Below are positions 62,001 to 64,000 of a DNA stretch of 64,000 nucleotides, piece by piece (position 1 is the first letter of the stretch; each line of letters opens with the position of its first letter). The translations under genes were made by a program, and so were the position numbers. This stretch comes from Hydrolagus colliei (lineage: Eukaryota), in contig CM068742.1 of NCBI GenBank assembly GCA_035084275.1, positions 3,162,001-3,226,000 on the forward strand, read 5' to 3'. The notes beneath the pieces are model-generated. The model searched no databases. It worked only from the letters and a program-made list of their open reading frames with translations, and was not told the DNA's origin.

Positions 62001-64000
62001 AACTTGCATTCTTTGCCATAGGAAAAAGAGGAGTTCAATGCTTACCTATTCTTATGGAAAAAAACAGTACGCGTGCAACATAATTTGTATTCATTTATAG
62101 CTTGCTTTGGTAAGCTTGCAGAAGACCCACAGAGTGTTACTTTTAGTTCAGTAAGCACCGTGGCACACTTGAGGCCCAGAAACACCTGCTGATATTGCCG
62201 CAGGTTACACAAGAATTGCCACAGCGATTAGCGACATGAGCTGATCCTGCAGGTGTCTACATTAACGTGTATATGTTATTTCTCGAATCCCAGAAGCTGA
62301 GAGTAAGACCGCAAGTTAAATAACACAGCACTTGGCAAGCTGTTAGAACAGCAGCTTGATAAGCTGAAGGCATTTGGCTGGTCAGTTCCTAGGAGCCATT
62401 TGACAAATTACTTAACTTACGGGCTCTGGGTTTCTGCTCATTTGTAACCCATACTGCGCACACCGCTGTATTATCAGTAATTAATTTACACCTAAACATT
62501 TGGTTCCTAGCTTAGTGCAATGAAATGAAACATTACACTCTGAAATATTCATAAAACACACAGAAATAACACAAGTGTTGATTAACACATCATTAAAAAC
62601 TCTGCCCCTGTATTAAAGATCAAAGACCAGTCAGTGAGTGTAATTCTCCCTCCTGTCCTGAACTCAGTCAAAATTATTGTGCTTGAAACTGCCCCCAAAC
62701 ATCCGTGCCATTGGTGGGATACCAACTTTCCTGTGATTTATTTTTGTCAAGTTGAGCAAGTGTCCCACTGACAATACTCCAAACTATGAGATGATTTTGA
62801 GTCCAACCATAAGAAACGCTAGACGAGAAAGGACCACAGTCCTTACAGTTCTCCGTCCACTTTCCTGGCGCATACGTGCCAACCATTGTGATATGGTTGA
62901 CCTGAGGGAGGGCGGAAGGGAGGAGAGGGCAGTGACCCCCAAAAGCCCCATCAATTATCGTCCAGTCCGAATGTTCCACAAAACTTTAAACTTCACAGAT
63001 CTCAATGTTTCCCCCATTATCATAACCAATTCCCTTTTGGTGGAATGGGTCCTCAAATGGGTTTCTGCCAATGGAATGTAACCTAGTTATGCCCTGGGCA
63101 CTCTGATTCAAGTCATTTTACAATTTGTGTGCTTCATACAAATAATTATTGAAGACAATTAGGGCCAGGTCAATGGAACCTCATTAACTCGATAATATCA
63201 GTGACTGTGGTGTCACAAGCATTACATTAAACAGCGATGTGTGAAATCTCTGAACACATAGCAAAACTTACAAGCTCATAGACAGATCTATAGATGTCAA
63301 ATGGGGATATAATTACATCTCAAATGGCCAGCACTTACAAATTGGCCAGCAGCGTAGTGTTCATTTTCACCTCCAGCAACAGAAGAGGCAGATAAACACA
63401 GTCCTGTTATCACAACTGACAGAAAGAGGTGCCGCATTCAATTTAATGACTGCTAGTCCCTGCATTATTAAACACCAATCAGGACTGAGTGTTTGGCAGG
63501 AAACAGACTAAAGAGGGTCCTTTGAAACAGTTCTAACTCAAGTGGATGAGATTACAACTGATCATGTCCGAAACCTTTGTCGCTCTTTAACCAACGGTCA
63601 TTTCTCCACTTAAATTTGTGCCTCCAAAGTGGATTTTCTCTGCAAACAGTGACTGCAAACTTTGACAGGTGCTAAACTGTTTGTGAACACACCCTGTATG
63701 ATGGCTGTCAACGTACATTACTGCTCCTGTGGAGGGTTCACTAATGAAAGAAAATTTCATACATGTCCGTGAATAATCCATCAAGATCTGACAGAAATAA
63801 TGAATCACGCACACACACTATTTTATAGAATACCTGTCTCTCAATTCCTATCAAAAATCTACAAGAATAGAGGGACCCTTTTTTTAACATCGCTGACTGG
63901 TGCATATTATATGTAGGGCATTGAAAGAAGACTTGCACTTTGGCAGAAAATTACCTCAGTGTCAGATAATTCATTGTGGTCCCCAGTGGTGCCAGAAAGC

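Noticed and set aside
62674-63081. Overlapping 101-aa and 109-aa ORFs
   Set aside because: No recognisable domain or splice context; lengths are within chance expectation.

Overview
This is eukaryotic, vertebrate-type genomic DNA: AT-rich, repeat-dense, with three short assembly gaps. The repeat complement (L2 and CR1 LINEs, Deu-domain tRNA SINEs resembling the shark SacSINE1 type, Tigger/pogo DNA elements) points to a cartilaginous fish, possibly a holocephalan; this is an inference. I recognise no host protein-coding gene, rRNA, true tRNA or CRISPR array, so the window reads as a large intron or intergenic stretch. Every ORF I can assign is retrotransposon- or transposase-derived; the longest (29155-30234) is the C-terminal half of a young CR1 ORF2. 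The most interesting signals concern retroelement mechanics: (i) a composite tRNA+CORE-like+Deu-like+L2-tail SINE in long and internally deleted forms, whose internal TAATAATCC is the reverse complement of its own 3' tail and coincides with three separate breakpoints; (ii) a covarying 3' stem-loop shared by two L2 subfamilies and the SINE; (iii) many ultra-short (29-70 bp) L2 tail insertions, some with target-site duplications (TSDs); (iv) several perfect hairpins and templated junctions. Element boundaries were read by eye and are approximate unless a TIR or TSD is quoted, and family names are from recalled consensus motifs, not database searches.
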